A stretch of 64,000 bases of DNA from Octopus bimaculoides (GCF_001194135.2 NC_068982.1:108415498-108479497), one strand, 5' to 3'. Positions 38,590 to 53,018 are shown, counted from the first letter of the stretch. Notes: a model not told the origin generated them from the letters alone. A program made the numbers and translations.

Positions 38590-39467
38590 GTGTGTGTGTG
38601 TGTGTGTGCTTGTGTGTGTGCATACATATAGTCCACAGATGAGATCCAGAGATTCTCGGTATAGAAGACACTTAGTAGTGCTCAAATGCTTCAAACTTAG
38701 ACTCTGATGTCTTTAGGAGGTATCAATTCCACGGGGGTAAAGAATGGCTATAAGCAGGATCAAGTTGAGCAGATATAGAAGCAATTATGCAGATAAACAA
38801 ATTAGATATATTAAATATAACAGTGTGGATATGAAATACTAAGTGTGTATATATGTATAGATGCAAAACAAGAGAAAGCAAAAAGTGTAGACTTTCAGGC
38901 AATGAACATTTAAGTACAAATATATAGATATTTATATTAATAGATCCAATTCACTCAAAGTACAAACAACAGAGAAAATTAAATGGGAGGAAAAAAGGTC
39001 CTGTTTCTAGGGTCTTGGAGATCTATTATAAGTCCAACATCTGTTTCTGGGGGCTCAGAGATCCATCATAATGTTGGTAGCATGATGGTGGTGGTGGTGG
39101 TGGTGGTGGTGGTGGTGATGTCTAACAAATATCTTTAACAACATGACTATTTCATCTGCTAGACATAGCAGCCAGACCTGACCTCAGATCACACTCAATG
39201 CAGTATGAGAAACAAAAAAAAAAAGTATTGTTTTAAAATAGGTGAGATAGTCCATAGCTGTAACTGGTATATTTTTGATCATAGGTCTATTCAATCAGAG
39301 TTGACCTTGAAATAAACAATGCCACATGAACTTATAAGAGAGTGAAAATTTAAAGTTGGGGCATTCATACATTTCTGAAAGTCCTTAATGGTATATGTGA
39401 AGACAATTGGTTTAAGATGGAAATCAGAACCAGTAAAGGAAGCAGCTCACTGAAAGTTTGTTTATAC

Positions 39468-39764
39468 TAGTGGTTCCCAAACTTTTTCAGGCTGCCACAT
39501 CCTTGGGACCTGGACCACATTCCTAGTGCCCCACCCCCTGCCTCACTCACCACCACAAACATAGACCACTTTCTGAAGCTAATTCAAAGCAACTGTATTT
39601 CACAAATAAAATTTAACCTAATCAACCCATTATTTTGTTGTTTATGCATCCATTGCTTCCTTTTGGCCACTCCATTATCGTCCCAATTGTCTCCAATGAC
39701 CCCGTCATTCTGGATCTTTCCACTACCCCCAGGGGGCCAATACTGCCCATGTTGGGAATCACTG
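39468..39764. mobile_element. hAT MITE, 297 bp
   Basis: TIRs (C/T)AGTGGTTCCCAA / TTGGGAATCACTG; perfect 8-bp TSD GTTTATAC. Confidence 0.88.
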
Positions 39765-41580
39765 GTTTATACTATACTGTGACTGCCACAATTCCTGTGA
39801 TAGACTGGCATCCCGTCCAGGTGGGGAATATATATGTCATCAAACAGAGAAACTGGCCCTTATGAGTTGGTATAACTCAAAAAAGGTAACTTTTTTTTAC
39901 TGCCACAATAAGGATAGTTTCTAAGATTATTCAAAAACTCCAAAATTAAGGAAAGGAGAAAATAAACATTAATGTAGGCTCTGATGACTGGTGATGGAAC
40001 TCAGTGGCTTTCAACCATCTTTTGCCTATGGATACCTTTCATTCCTGTTTTACTCTCCTGGACCTCCAAAGCCATTCAATGTATATTTTAAAAAATACTA
40101 CTGTTTTTTTTACAATTAAATATTATTAGGAATAATTTTTGCAATTAAGTATTATTAGGAATAATTTTTATAATTAAATATTATTAAGAATTGTTAATAT
40201 TTGTAGGAATTGAAACAAAAAGGACATATTAGAAAATGTTGTCCTAGATATACAAAAAAAAAGATGTGATTGTCAAGGCTGGAATGGCTTTGATCAGAGG
40301 TCTTTTCATTAGGGCTAACATTACGCGAGAAAGATAACATAGCTTTCAGAGAATCACTTCAGATAATCTAATATTGTTTGATTCTCTTTTGATACTGCCT
40401 ACTCCTCCATCTCCTTTCCACCTTCTCCTCCTCCACCTTGTCATTGTCATTGTTGTCATCATTATCATCATCATTGTCATCGTCGTTGTCACCATTGTCA
40501 TCATCATCAGTTTAAGTTTGCTTTCCCTGCCAGTATGAGATGGACATGTTACAGTTCAAGTCTGTTTTATTCAGAGTTACTTAGATAGGTCAGAGGTGCA
40601 TGTCTCACTCTTACTTTCCAATTTTTAGCAAGGAATCTATGACTGGATTCCCTACTAACATTAACCATTTTACAGAGTAAACTAGATACATTTTATTATG
40701 GCACCAATACTAGGGAAGTGTCCATATCCTCAGTATGACTAAAGAGATCTTTTGAACCTGTACTGTCTCTACTAGTATGATGACCATTTTACAGAATGTA
40801 CTAAATGCATTTTATTATGGTACCAGAACTAGTGAGGTTGCCTTGTACTATATCAGCCTAATGCTACATTGGCATTCAAGGACCAAGAAATAGACCACAA
40901 ATTGTAATTGCAACAACTGCACTGAATAAATACATCAAATGTGGGTCATTTGTCTAGAATAACATGTTTAGTTTATAATAGTTATTATTAATTGCATTTA
41001 TAATTTCAGTCATATGATTATTCACTTCCATGTTATGGTTGCATGGTTAAGAAACTTGCTTCCCAACCACATGAGGTTCAGTTGCAGTACATGACACCTT
41101 GGCTATGGGTCTTCTACTATAGCTCAGGAGCAACTGTAGTCTTATTATGTGGATTTGGTAGATAGGGCCACATAAAAAGCACTCATGCCAGTTCTACTTT
41201 GGAGCACTGTTGCTGGTACCATGTTAAAATCACCTAGCAAAGTGGTTGACATTAGAAAGGGCATCCAACTGGAGAAACCAAGCCAAATCAGACTGGAACC
41301 TGGTGCAGCTCACTGGCTTTCCAACCCTGGTTAAACCACCCAACTTATACGAGCATAAAAAATGGATATAGAAATAATACATTTCTAAATCTCTCAGAGA
41401 GATTTATACAGTAGCAGCACAATAAAGTGATGCCATGTTGTCAACTTAATGTGACAGTCCCATGAAAGAGAAGAATGCTACTGCTATTTAGCCCTAGGAA
41501 ACACTGTTTCCTGTTGGCCTAGACACATTTCCTGTGTCTTTATGTTTACAAAGAGGAGATAAGCACCTCCACCCATGAAA

Positions 41581-41635
41581 GCTAGCATCCAGAGACTAGT
41601 TTCAGAGTCATTGCTCATCATCAGTCTGGAGTAGC
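41581..41635 (-). ncRNA. Minimal type I hammerhead ribozyme motif
   Basis: GCTA-C-TCCAGA-CTGATGA-T-GAG-CAATGA-CTC-T-GAAAC-TA-GTC-TCTGGA-TGC-TAGC: perfect 6-bp stem I, palindromic ACTAGT stem III, GUC cleavage triplet. Confidence 0.78.
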
Positions 41636-41990
41636 ATAGATGTTAAAGAATGATGATGATGAACTGAAAAAGCCCATTGTGTGTGTGTCTCTTTGTCTAC
41701 TGTGTGATTGTTGTAAGTGAGCATCAATGTCATACAGGTAGTGTCATTCATTTCCAGTCTTCTTTATAAACATGTCCATCCATTGGGAATTAATACTTTG
41801 ATGGAAATAGATGTGAATTGAAGAATGGAGTGGCATCTGGTTGTAGAGAATCTGCCTCAACAAGTCTCATTTAACACATGCAAGCATGGAAAAGTGAACA
41901 TTAAATGAGGCTGATGATGTTTTTATAGAAAATAATCTGATGAATATCTTATTGAAGAAAGAAGCCTTCCTGGGTCAAAGCAGCCTTTAA

Positions 41991-42212
41991 CCCTTTTGTT
42001 ACCAACCCAGCTGAAACTGGCTCTGGCTCTGAATACAAATGTCTTGTTTTTTCATAAGCTTTGAATTAAAATCTTTCACCAAACCTTAGTCAAAATTTAT
42101 GTTTTTAACACTAGCTGAATGATAACTAAGTTATTTTACTAAATTCTTTGTTATACTTAAAGTAATTGAAAGAAACACAGAGCATCTCAAAATAAATACA
42201 GTAGCAAAAGGG
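41991..42212. mobile_element. piggyBac-like MITE, 222 bp
   Basis: TTAA on both sides (41987-90, 42213-16); TIRs CCCTTTTGTTAC / GTAGCAAAAGGG. Confidence 0.8.
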
Positions 42213-42338
42213 TTAAGTATTGAATACTAGCAGTAATACATGTCATTGATTGGGTAAATACTTTTACTGTTTCTTGGGAGCCACATTCAAAGTATTATTA
42301 TATATATATAATTTACTCCTCCTGTATGTGTGTACTTT

Positions 42339-42637
42339 TATAAGAGAAAAATATGTAATAGTTGAAGTAGAAAAAAGATCAATTTCATACATGAACTTCT
42401 GTTTGTTCATTATATGACAGTAATAAGTCAGTTGTAGGTGTTATTTTATTTATTAATACAGTAATGGCACTTATATAATATTATATTATATAATATTATA
42501 TAATATTATATAATATAAGAGAAAAAACATGTAATAATTGAATTAGAAAAAAGATCAATTTTATACATGAACTTCTAATAATAAATGAGTTGTATGTGTT
42601 ATTTTATTTATTAATACAGTAATGGCAATTATATAAC
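42339..42637. repeat. Local ~130-140 bp tandem duplication separated by (TATAATAT)n
   Basis: Two copies of TATAAGAGAAAAA...GAAAAAAGATCAATTT.ATACATGAACTTCT...TTAATACAGTAATGGCA. Confidence 0.8.
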
Positions 42638-42870
42638 ATATACATACAACTGCTTACAATAATGGAGATTACTGTATAATTTCTTCTATGTTCATAATTT
42701 TTGGTTTACAATATTGAAAAAAATATGCCACCAAAGAAAAGATGTAATCTCTCTAGAAACTGATATAACTGGTATGCGAGGAACAAAGACAGTGTCACCT
42801 TTACCACAACCAGTGAGAATATTTGCCTCAATGCAGTTCCTCATAGGCTTGTGCACAATTAGTGTTGTAC

Positions 42871-43087
42871 CTCTTTTACTCTTTTACTCTTTTACTTGTT
42901 TCAGTCATTTGACTGCAGCCATGCTGGAGCACCACCTTTAGTCGAGGAAATTGACCCCAGGACTTATTCTTTGTAAGCCTAGTACTTACTCTATCGGTCT
43001 CTTTTGCCGAACTGCTAAGTTACGGGGATGCAAACACACCAGCATCGGTTGTCAAGCGATGTTGGGGGGACAAACACAGACACACAA

Positions 43088-43118
<31 letters not shown>

Positions 43119-43290
43119 CATATACATATATATGACAGGCTTCTTTTAGTTTCCGTCTACCAAATCCACTCATAAGGCTTTGGTCGGCCCGAGGCTATAG
43201 TAGAAGACACTTGCCCAAGGTGCCACATAGTGGGACTGAACCCAGAACCATGTGGCTGGTAAGCAAGCTACTTACCACACAGCCACTCCT
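42871..43290 (-). mobile_element. tRNA-derived SINE family A, full copy with (GTAAAAGA)-type repeat tail
   Basis: Same structure and sequence as 33647-34036. Confidence 0.85.
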
Positions 43291-43858
43291 ATTGCATAAT
43301 TTTTGCAAGACCTATGATCAAAAGCATTCCAACTGTGACCATCCAATCCTTTTGTACATGTAAGATTACACTGTTCAATGTGTCCCTTTCAAAGCTAGCA
43401 GGCTGTAGTTAAAGGGAGATTTGGCTGCTATTTCTAGGAAGTCAAGTGACTACATACAAGTTTTTTCCTTGACTCACTTTACATACTTTTAATGGTAATG
43501 AGTGGTGCTTATGGGGAGGTAGTGGTGGGGATGATTAAAATAAGTATCAGTTATCTACTGAAACTGATTTAATGGATTATATCATTTACTCTTACACAAA
43601 GAGCCTTGTACCACAACGACAACAAAAAAAAAAATCATTAATAAATAGCCTACAATGGAATCTAATGTTTCTCCATATTTTCTGCAGCAGTTTTCTTTTT
43701 CACTCTCAGTTTTAAATATAATTTATTGAATAACCTCCAGATAAAATTCAATTAACCTTTTTAATTTGTATACAGGTCTGTTTATATATTTATATATTTT
43801 TATTTATATATTTTTCATTTCATTTATTTATTATCTATTTATTTCATTCTTATATGCT

Positions 43859-43901
<43 letters not shown>

Positions 43902-44112
43902 CATAAATATACAGGGATTAGCATTGAGTTGCTTCTCCAACATACTGAAAATTTAGAAATAGCAGTCAAAGAACTACTGATTCTAAACTACAAATTTTTC
44001 CCTAAATGGATGGCGATATTTATGGCACACATAGAACAAAAAACCGGAGGGGAAGGCATAAACAAAACAAGTCTTTAGTTAATCGGATACGATCGTTTCA
44101 TGGTTATTCTTG

Positions 44113-44150
<38 letters not shown>

Positions 44151-45366
44151 ATAGATAGATAGATAGATGAACACATATACATATTCATTTACTTGTTTTG
44201 GTTGTGTTCTCACTTTTCAGGAATTTAGTGTTGAGTATTTTAATAAGAAGTTGGTTTCAGAGAGAAATTTTATGGTTTGAAATAACCACTTTGAATGAGT
44301 GATTTTAAAGAGTGGTTTGCCATTTAAACTATTTTTCGTGCTGCTTGTTGTCTGAATGCTTTTATAGTATATCTTGATAAAAGATTCCATGAGTCCTGCT
44401 TCCCTTGCCATTTCTCCCACTTTTAGTAATTTCTCTACCAATTCCATTCCATCAAAGTTGTCTGATTTATATAATAGTGGTTGCATCATGATAAATAAAA
44501 CAACTTCTATTCTTTTCCTTTTGATTCTTTTTTTTTCAGAGATAAATCCTTTTTAAAGTGACTTAGTATTAAACAATACTAAGCACCATCATGTATTTTC
44601 TGTTTTGGTTTTTTTTTTTTTTTTTTTCAAATACAGTTGCTTCACATTCAGATTATAGTTTTCCATTAGCAATAAACAGGCATTCCATCTTGTCATCATC
44701 ATTGATTTAAAGTCCATATTTCTTTGCTTGCATGGGTCAGGCACAGATTCTTTTACTGAGGCAGATATTCTACAGCCAGATTCAGTTCCTGTCATTAATT
44801 TTTTACTGTTTGCAATTGAAGTAATATTTCCCCATAGCCAGATATGTTTCCACAGGGTACTGGAAATGAATAGAATTCATTTGCAATAATCATTCAATGT
44901 CAAGACAAGGAGACACAAATATACTCACACATACATACACCTACACACATGCTTATATATACATGTGTGTGTGTGTGTGTGTGTGTACAATGGGCTTCTC
45001 TTAGTTTCCATTGACTAATTTCACTCATATGGCTTTGGTTGGTCCAGAGCTACAGTAGAAGAGGCCCAGGGTATCACAAGGTTGGACTGAACCTGTAACC
45101 ATATGGTTAAGAAGCAAACTTCCTAACCACACACCCATGTCTGCACCTGTATCACCTAAGCATATAGAGATGACATTTGGTATTTATTTATTTTCTTAAG
45201 AGCTTCTGAAACCAAATGAATTCTTTAAAGATTTAACTGGGAACTAAATCTACTGGAAATCTTATATTAAATTTTTTTTTTTTTTGAGGATTGACTAAAT
45301 TGGCACAAGTAATTAGATAATTAAATAGGTAGATTAATTTAACTGGCATGAGCAATTAAATATACA

Positions 45367-45422
<56 letters not shown>

Positions 45423-46452
45423 CACTTTTAGAATAAAATTACATTACAGAAATAGCTAGTGTCCAACTTAATCATTGAACATAGTGTCAATGCCGAAACT
45501 GAATACCAATATAAAAGTGCAGAAAGGGATAAGGGACATCAATGTAATCCATATTAAGGATGAAATGCTACAACTCAGTTCATTTCAAGTAACTTCAGCT
45601 ATTTAATGTACTTTTTCAGGAGTCGATGTTTAGATATTTAAGTTATGATGAAAAACCTACTGGATAAAATTCTGAGTGGACTGACTATGTCTGAAAAGTT
45701 ATATATGATAGTTGCTCTCTTAGACTCTCCCTTTCACTAAATACCAGTACAAATTACAATGATAGCAGTAATCAATGGGGTGGGAAACTTCTACACAGTC
45801 ACTTGACTTGCTAAAAATAGCATCCAAATTTCCTTCAGATAACACCTTCTCGTCTTAAAAAAAGGAAGGTCACATAAAGTAACACAGTCCTAGATACTCC
45901 TCAAAAGAAGGGATGGCCATAGCTAGAATGCCTTTGATCATAAATCGGTTCAGTCAAAGTTGACTTGGGGTTAAACAACAACAATAATTATGATGGTATT
46001 AAGGAAAGACTCAAGATGACAAGCTGGCAGAATCATTAGCAAGCTGAGTAAAATCCTTTGTGGTATTTCATTTGTCTTTATGCCCTGAGTTCAAATTCTG
46101 TTGAGGTTGACTATCCTTTTGGGGTCAATAGAATAAGAACTAGTTGAGTATTGGGGTCAGTGTAATCGACTTTCTTGTTCCCTCAAAATTGCTGGCCTTG
46201 TGTCAAAATTTGATACCAAATTAAGAAAAGAACTTACCATAACTCAGGGGTTAAATTTAATTCAAACATGAGAGAAAGTAAAATTGTTGCCGAATTGCAT
46301 AAAGAGCAAACTTGATTCCTTGACTGCAGTGAAAGCTTCCATGTACAAAGAAACCAGCATTTTATCCATTCATATATGGGTGCTCCATATCATGTCATTA
46401 ATCCCTCCTGAGTGACTTTATTAAGTTTGGTGTAACTTTAAGGCTCAGTTGA

Positions 46453-46770
46453 AGGTATGTGGCTTAGTGGTTAGGGCATTTGGCTCATGATTGTAAGGTT
46501 ATGAGTTCAATTCCTGGCAATGCATTGTATCCTTGAGCAAAACACTTCATTTCACATTGCTCCAGTCCACTCAGCTGGCAAAAATGAGTAGTACCTGTAT
46601 TTCAAAAAAGGCCAGCATTGTGACACTCTGTGTCATGCTGAATCTCCCTGAGAACTATGTTAAAGGTGCATGTGTCTGTGGAGTGCTCAGCCACATGCAC
46701 ATTAATTTCGTGAGTAGGCTGTTTCATTGATCAGATCAACTGGAACCCTCATTGTCATAACTGATGGAAT
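46453..46770 (+). mobile_element. tRNA-derived SINE family C
   Basis: A box TGGCTTAGTGG, B box GAGTTCAATTCC; a partial reverse copy of the head region lies near 34900-35030. Confidence 0.7.
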
Positions 46771-48724
46771 ACCATGTCTCTCACACTTATACTTTTTGTA
46801 TTAATCATCTACACATTGACTCCAGTTGCAGCACATGCTTCTATGCAGATAACATCAATATACATTGTTATGTCTCCTTTTCACACAAATCTCATCTCAA
46901 TGTGACTTCAGCATCACAAGCCAAGAATGTACAACCTCAATAAAGAAAATCTCCCTAAACATCCTGTAATGGGGGGACATATTAAAACACACATCTCATG
47001 AAAGTAACTTATATTAATGTCATCCAATCATCACCCAGCAGAGGAAAGCTTGAATTCACTATCAGTATTCTTTTTATCTTCTCTTTAAATTGACTAAAGA
47101 AGAATAAAATATAGAATACATGAAAAATATGTATATACAAGAGAGAGGAATAAATCATTCCAATCATGGTATGCAAGTCACTTTTTAGATACTCGTAGAT
47201 TTGGGTGCTGTACTAAATAAGAATCTTCCATCCTTAGAAAAATAGCCATATTATATTGTTCAAGGGCCCAAAAAACCTAGTGCTACAGCACTCATAACAC
47301 TTATCTTAAGCTGGTACTGATTGTATGTTTATAATGGACTGGCACTCTGTTGTTGTTGCTGTTGTCATCAATGCTACCCTCCCACCCATCACCATCATTA
47401 TCATCATTGACCAGCTCTAATCATACAGATCATGATAAAAACCATTCCAACCATAACCAACCAGTCTTTTTCATTCTAGGTAATGTATCTGGAGTAACAC
47501 CCTCCAATGCATTGTTCCCTTTTTTAGGATCTGATTTGAAGAAGATTTGGCTACTATTGTTTGCAAGTTGAATAATATAGTAGAGGCTCCTCCAACAATT
47601 CAATCTTTAAGTAAAGATGAAAATCCAACTTGTTGAAAGTTATTCTGGAAAATGAATATTATATAATATAGTATCAATCACACTAACATGGGTTGATTCA
47701 TATTACAATAAGGCAATCATATATAAAAACCATATTCTAAACAGATGTAAAAATCATTCTTTCATCTTCCATTGATTACAAGACAAAACAGAAAGTATAC
47801 AAAAAATAAATTAAATTTTGCAACTAAAGCTTATAGATTATATTTTCTGTTCTTGTGTAATATTTTGTTATTCAATAAAACTGTATTGTGCAAAATTTTC
47901 TGTTCTGGCAGTTCTGAAATGGATTTTATTTATTTATTTTTTTTCTGTTTGTTTGTTTGTTTGTTGTTTAGAAATGGATCAAACGGAGTCATGACAAAGA
48001 GCTATCACCAGTAATTTATTCCTAAACAAAATATCCCATCTGGAACTTAAAAGATATTGGGCATTAAAAAAACAAATTACCACCACGGTTGCCACTAGCA
48101 TTGCCTTAGTTGTTTTATATCAGCTTTTCCATGTTAGCATGAATTGAGTGTTTTATTTTTTTCTCTGAAGCAATGTTTTATGGTCAGAGGCTTTCGTGTT
48201 GCTAACCATTTTAGTCAGCTCTCACATTATGCAAGGATACAGTGTACTTATTCTAAAACTGGGATACACACTGTAAGACTTGGGTGATAAAATCAGGAGA
48301 AAAAAAGAGACTTAAAAAGTCAAGAATAAAGGTTTCAAGAAAACATGATTGTTCATTTTCATATTTTCTTACACAGTTTCAATGTCTTTTTACTCCCAAT
48401 GTATTTCGTATAATGAAAGGTTATCAGAGGCAGAGGTCACATGATTAAAATGCTGGTCTTTTATTACATATTTTGAAAGCTTGTAACTTACTGCAGTCAT
48501 CACACTATGTGATAAAAGAATTTAACATTGATATGAGGAAGTTTGAAGCAGAAATAGCTGGGAGGTAAGAAGCTTGTTTCTGAATCACATGGTTTCAGGT
48601 TCAGTCCCACGTCATAGCATCTTAGGCAAGTGTCTTTAACAATAACCTTAGGCTGATCAAACAGATCAAAACCTTGTGAGTGGATTTGGTTGACAGAAAC
48701 TGAAAAAAATCCCATCGTATATAA

Positions 48725-48784
<60 letters not shown>

Positions 48785-50929
48785 GCCTCCATACCTTGTC
48801 TTCGCATGATAGTTGTAAGTGAACCACTATCATGCAAGCAGTGTCCTGTTTTGAGTCTTGGGTGAAAACATATCTGGTAATGGGGAAAATATTATTCTAT
48901 CTGGAAACAGGTGAGGGTTAGTGACAGGAAGAGCATTGGCCATGAAAAATTCACCTCTATGAATTCCATCTGACCCATGCAAGCATGGAAAATGGACATC
49001 ATGGTAATGGCAGCAGTATTTGATTTAGGCACAAAGCAAACAATTTTGAGGGAAAGGATTAGTCAGTATCACTGACTCAGGTACTTGACAGGTACTATAT
49101 TTCATCAAAACCCTGGAGGAACGAAAGCCAATGTTGACCTTAGTGGGATTTGATCTCTCTGAACATAGAGTACAGCTACATATATTTTGAGTGCAATCTC
49201 ACCAATTTGCCCTGTATACTCCTAATACCATTTTATATTCCTTCAGCATGGCACCTGTCATTTTGATTGAGTGGGATACCTCTCCCAAATTTTTCAACAT
49301 TTGCAGTTGTGGTTTGAGCACTAAAACATACAGAAGAGAAAAGAAGGGGCATCATTGATGGACCAAGCACACAATGTAAAACAATTCCCATGGGTAGCTA
49401 TTTAGCTGAACCACCAAGCAAGTGTTGATGTACATTGTAGCAAATCCAGCCTTTGAAAGCAAAACAGAAACCAACCTTGCTTAAAATGTCCTGGTGTTAT
49501 ATTTCTACTCACTCACTGAGAAATATGGTTGCATATAGGCACAAACCCTTTCTCTCAAGCAAACACAAAAGTGCCTGCAAAGAGTAATGGGTACTATTTT
49601 GTGCCTAGGAAAAAGGGTAATAACACTGGTCAGTGGAAGCCTTGTTCTAAAGTGAGGGGAAAAACAATGAACTAATAATGAACTTAAGATTCCTTACATT
49701 ATAAGTTCGTTTGAGAAGTGAAATGAGTGTTCAGTCAAGATACTAGTAGCTATTGCAAATGAACTACACTTCTAGGTGTTAGTGTTCTTTTCATTATTGT
49801 TGTCATTGATGAGCCATTAAAAAAAATTTTTTCTTGCTATTTTCATGGCTTTTATTGTTCTCTTTATCACCATTATTTAATGTCTGTATTCCATGCTGGC
49901 ACAAGTTTGACAGTTTGGCTGAAGCTGGTAAGCCAGAGAGCTGCACCAGGCTCCAGTCTGTTTTGGCTTGGTTTTTGTACAACTGGATGCCCTTTCTAAC
50001 ACCAACCACTCTACAGAGTGTATTGGGTATTTTTTATGTGTCATCAGCACAGGTGCCTTTTACATGTCACTGACATGAGTGCCTTTTACTTGTCACCAGC
50101 ACAGGTGCCTTTTATGTATCACTAGCACTGGCTACTTAGCTTAACACATCTTCTCAAGCACAGCAAATCACCAGAAATCTCAATCACTTGTCATTACCTC
50201 CATGAGACTCACCAACCGAAGATCATATTTCACCATCTCATCCCACATCAACCTGGGTCTATCTCTTTCAGAAGTTTTATTGTTATTATATTCAGTTTCT
50301 TGTAACTGTTTTTAATAATAATGTTGATGTCACTTGTTTCATTTGACTTTTTATAAGCATTCCCAACCTTTTTGTTGTTGGTCTTGCCAATGTTATCATT
50401 TTTATCTTATCTCATTGTCCATTGCACTATTTTTCTTCCATTTTTGTTCTTGCCACTATTATTTGTGTTGTTTCTTATCTTGTTGTTATAGTGGCACCAT
50501 TACCCAATTTATGGCTCTGCTGTGCCAGAGCATTGCTGGTGTTGTCAGAATTAACATCGACACATTTATTATCATATTACTCAAAAGAATATCTAGGTGA
50601 AAGTCATCACTATTTCACTGTAGCAAGCTATAATTTCAAGGCAAATGACATTAGTGTTATCATTACCATGACAATCATGGTTGCCTCCTACCATTTCTCT
50701 TTCATACTTCAAACTTTTTAACAATAAAAATATTTGTCCGCTGGCTGCAGACAATGACAAAAATTGATTATGCATTTCTTAATTAGGAAAAACACTGAAA
50801 TTTAAAAAATTGTCTTTTCCCTGAAAATGTTTCTAAACAATTATAATGATAAAGATCCCAACTTTCATTAGAGAAATTTTTGAAAACTGGAATTAATTTA
50901 TTGAGCATTAATGTCTACGATTAGAGCGT

Positions 50930-51206
50930 TTTGGAAATGATGGTCGTGGTGATGGTGGTGGCGGCGGCGGCGGTGGTGGTGGTGGCAGTGGCGGTGGTGG
51001 TGGCAGCAGCGGCGGTGGTGGCAGCGGCGGCAGTGGTGGCAGCGGCGGCAGTGGTGGCGGCGGCAGTGGTGGCGGTGGCAGTGATGGTGGTAATGATGAT
51101 GATGATGACAATAACACAAAAACAAATCATACCACATACCCAAGGCCCACAGAGCTGCACTTGGTGGTGTAGTGAAAACATGCAATATAAATAAGACTAC
51201 TGAATG

Positions 51207-51263
<57 letters not shown>

Positions 51264-51290
51264 ATAATAATGATAATGATAATAATAATA
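50930..51290. repeat. GC-rich (GGC/GGT/GCA)n tract followed by (TAG)n(TAA)n
   Basis: Direct reading; abuts the 5' end of Dong-like element A. Confidence 0.92.
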
Positions 51291-53000
51291 ACGAACTTAG
51301 CACCTGAGCAACTCTGGACCCCTATAACAACTGAAGAGGTCACCCAGGCACTGCAAAGACTAAGCAACTGGAAGGCACCTGGGCACAACAAGATCCCCAA
51401 CTTCTGGTTAAAATATCTGACAGGAATACACAAAAAGCTGGCTGAAAACTTTAACGACATACTAGCAGAGCCAGAGACAATGCCTGAATGGTTCATGAAC
51501 GGGAAAACTATCCTAATTCCCAAATCCACTGAAACGGCAAAACCACAAAACTACAGAGCTATAACCTGTCTCCCTACAATCTATAAAGCCTTTACTGCAA
51601 TAATATCGCAGAGATTGAGCGAGCACCTGGAAGAAAACAACCTGTTTCCAGAAGAGCAGAAGGGATGCTGCAAGGGCTCATATGGCTGTAAAGATCAACT
51701 AATGATCAATAAAGCCATAACTGAAGACAGCTGCAGAAAGAAGAACGGCCTCAGTATGGCCTGGATCAACTACCGAAAGGCTTTTGGTAGCATTCCCCAC
51801 ATGTAGATCCTTGAAACACTAGCCATGAACAGAGGAATATTCCAGGGAGACATGCTCTCTCCACTCCTTTTCTGCTTGGCACTGACACCTTTATCTGTCA
51901 TACTAAATAGAACTGGATGTGGATACAAATGTTACAGCAAAACAATCAGCCACCTTTTATATATGGATGACCTAAAACAATACACTACAAATGATAAACA
52001 GCTGGAAACACTACTACAGACAGTACATGGATTTACCAAAGAAATAGATATGAAATTTGGATTAGAAAAATGTGCCAAAGCAACCCTGAAAAGAGGAAAA
52101 CTAGTTAAGAGTAGCAACATCACACTAGATAAAGCCAATGAAATAAGAGAATTAGACCAAAGCCAGACATACAAATATTTAGGAATCAATGTACTAGATA
52201 TGATACAACACACACAAATGAAAAAGAAAATGAAGAAAGAATACTATAGACGAGTTAGATCAATACTGAAAACAGAGCTCAATGCTAAAAACAAGATAAT
52301 ATGTAATAGGTATTAACACTTTAGCTGTCCTAGTTATATGTTACAGCTACAATATCCTTAACTGGACACTAAATGAACTAACCAAAATAGACAGGAAAAC
52401 AAGAAAAATAATGACAGGATCTAGGATGCACCACCCAAAATCTGACATAGAAAGGCTATGTATACAATGTATAGAAGGTGGCAGAGGTCTTATACAGCTG
52501 GAAAACTATTATAAAATAACCACTATAGGACTGCAAAAATACCTACTTCAGAAGCAAGGAAAATTAATACAAATAGCCACAAAACACGAGCAAAACAAAA
52601 AACTGTTTTCAGTATTTAAGAAAGCTGACAAATACAAACAAGAAATCATACTACCAAACAAATATGAAGAAGAAGACAACAAGGTATGCGATAAGGAATA
52701 AAGAAAAGTTGAGAGATATGATAGGTTAGCTTGGGAAGTTAAGCAGTTGTAGTCGATGAAGAAGGTAGCAGTAGTACCAATAATTGTCGGAGCCCTGGGA
52801 ACAGTGAGCAAAAATCTCGAGAAGTACGTGGAACAAATAGGGGCTGCAATAAGGGTGGAGCACTTGCAGAAAACAGCACTGCTTGGAACCACTCAAATAT
52901 TCCGGAAGGTGCTCGAAAAATAAGAGGTGTTATCTTAGTTCACTGATAGTGAACAGCTGACACTGTAGTACATCTCCAGCGTTAGAAGCTGCGCAAAGGC
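51291..53000 (+). mobile_element. R4/Dong-like RLE non-LTR retrotransposon A (RT domain; internal deletion to the end of the endonuclease)
   Basis: NWKAPG, YRAITCLPT.YK, EQKGC..GSYGCKDQL, NYRKAF, RGIFQGDMLSPLLF, SHLLYMDDLK, YKYLGI, HHPKSD.ERL, GGRGL, VVPIIVGALG; bounded by (TAG)n(TAA)n and (AAT)n. Confidence 0.87.
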
Positions 53001-53018
53001 AATAATAATAATAATAAG

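Noticed and set aside
46453-46530. tRNA genes at SINE heads (also 33960-34036, 43215-43290)
   Set aside because: A and B boxes are present but no full cloverleaf, and they continue into SINE bodies.
50898-51194. Poly-Pro, poly-His and poly-Ala/Val ORFs
   Set aside because: Translations of a GGC/GGT repeat tract with no splice or domain support. The same applies to the RE-, IYLS- and VC-repeat ORFs at 4739, 32818-33329 and 54398.
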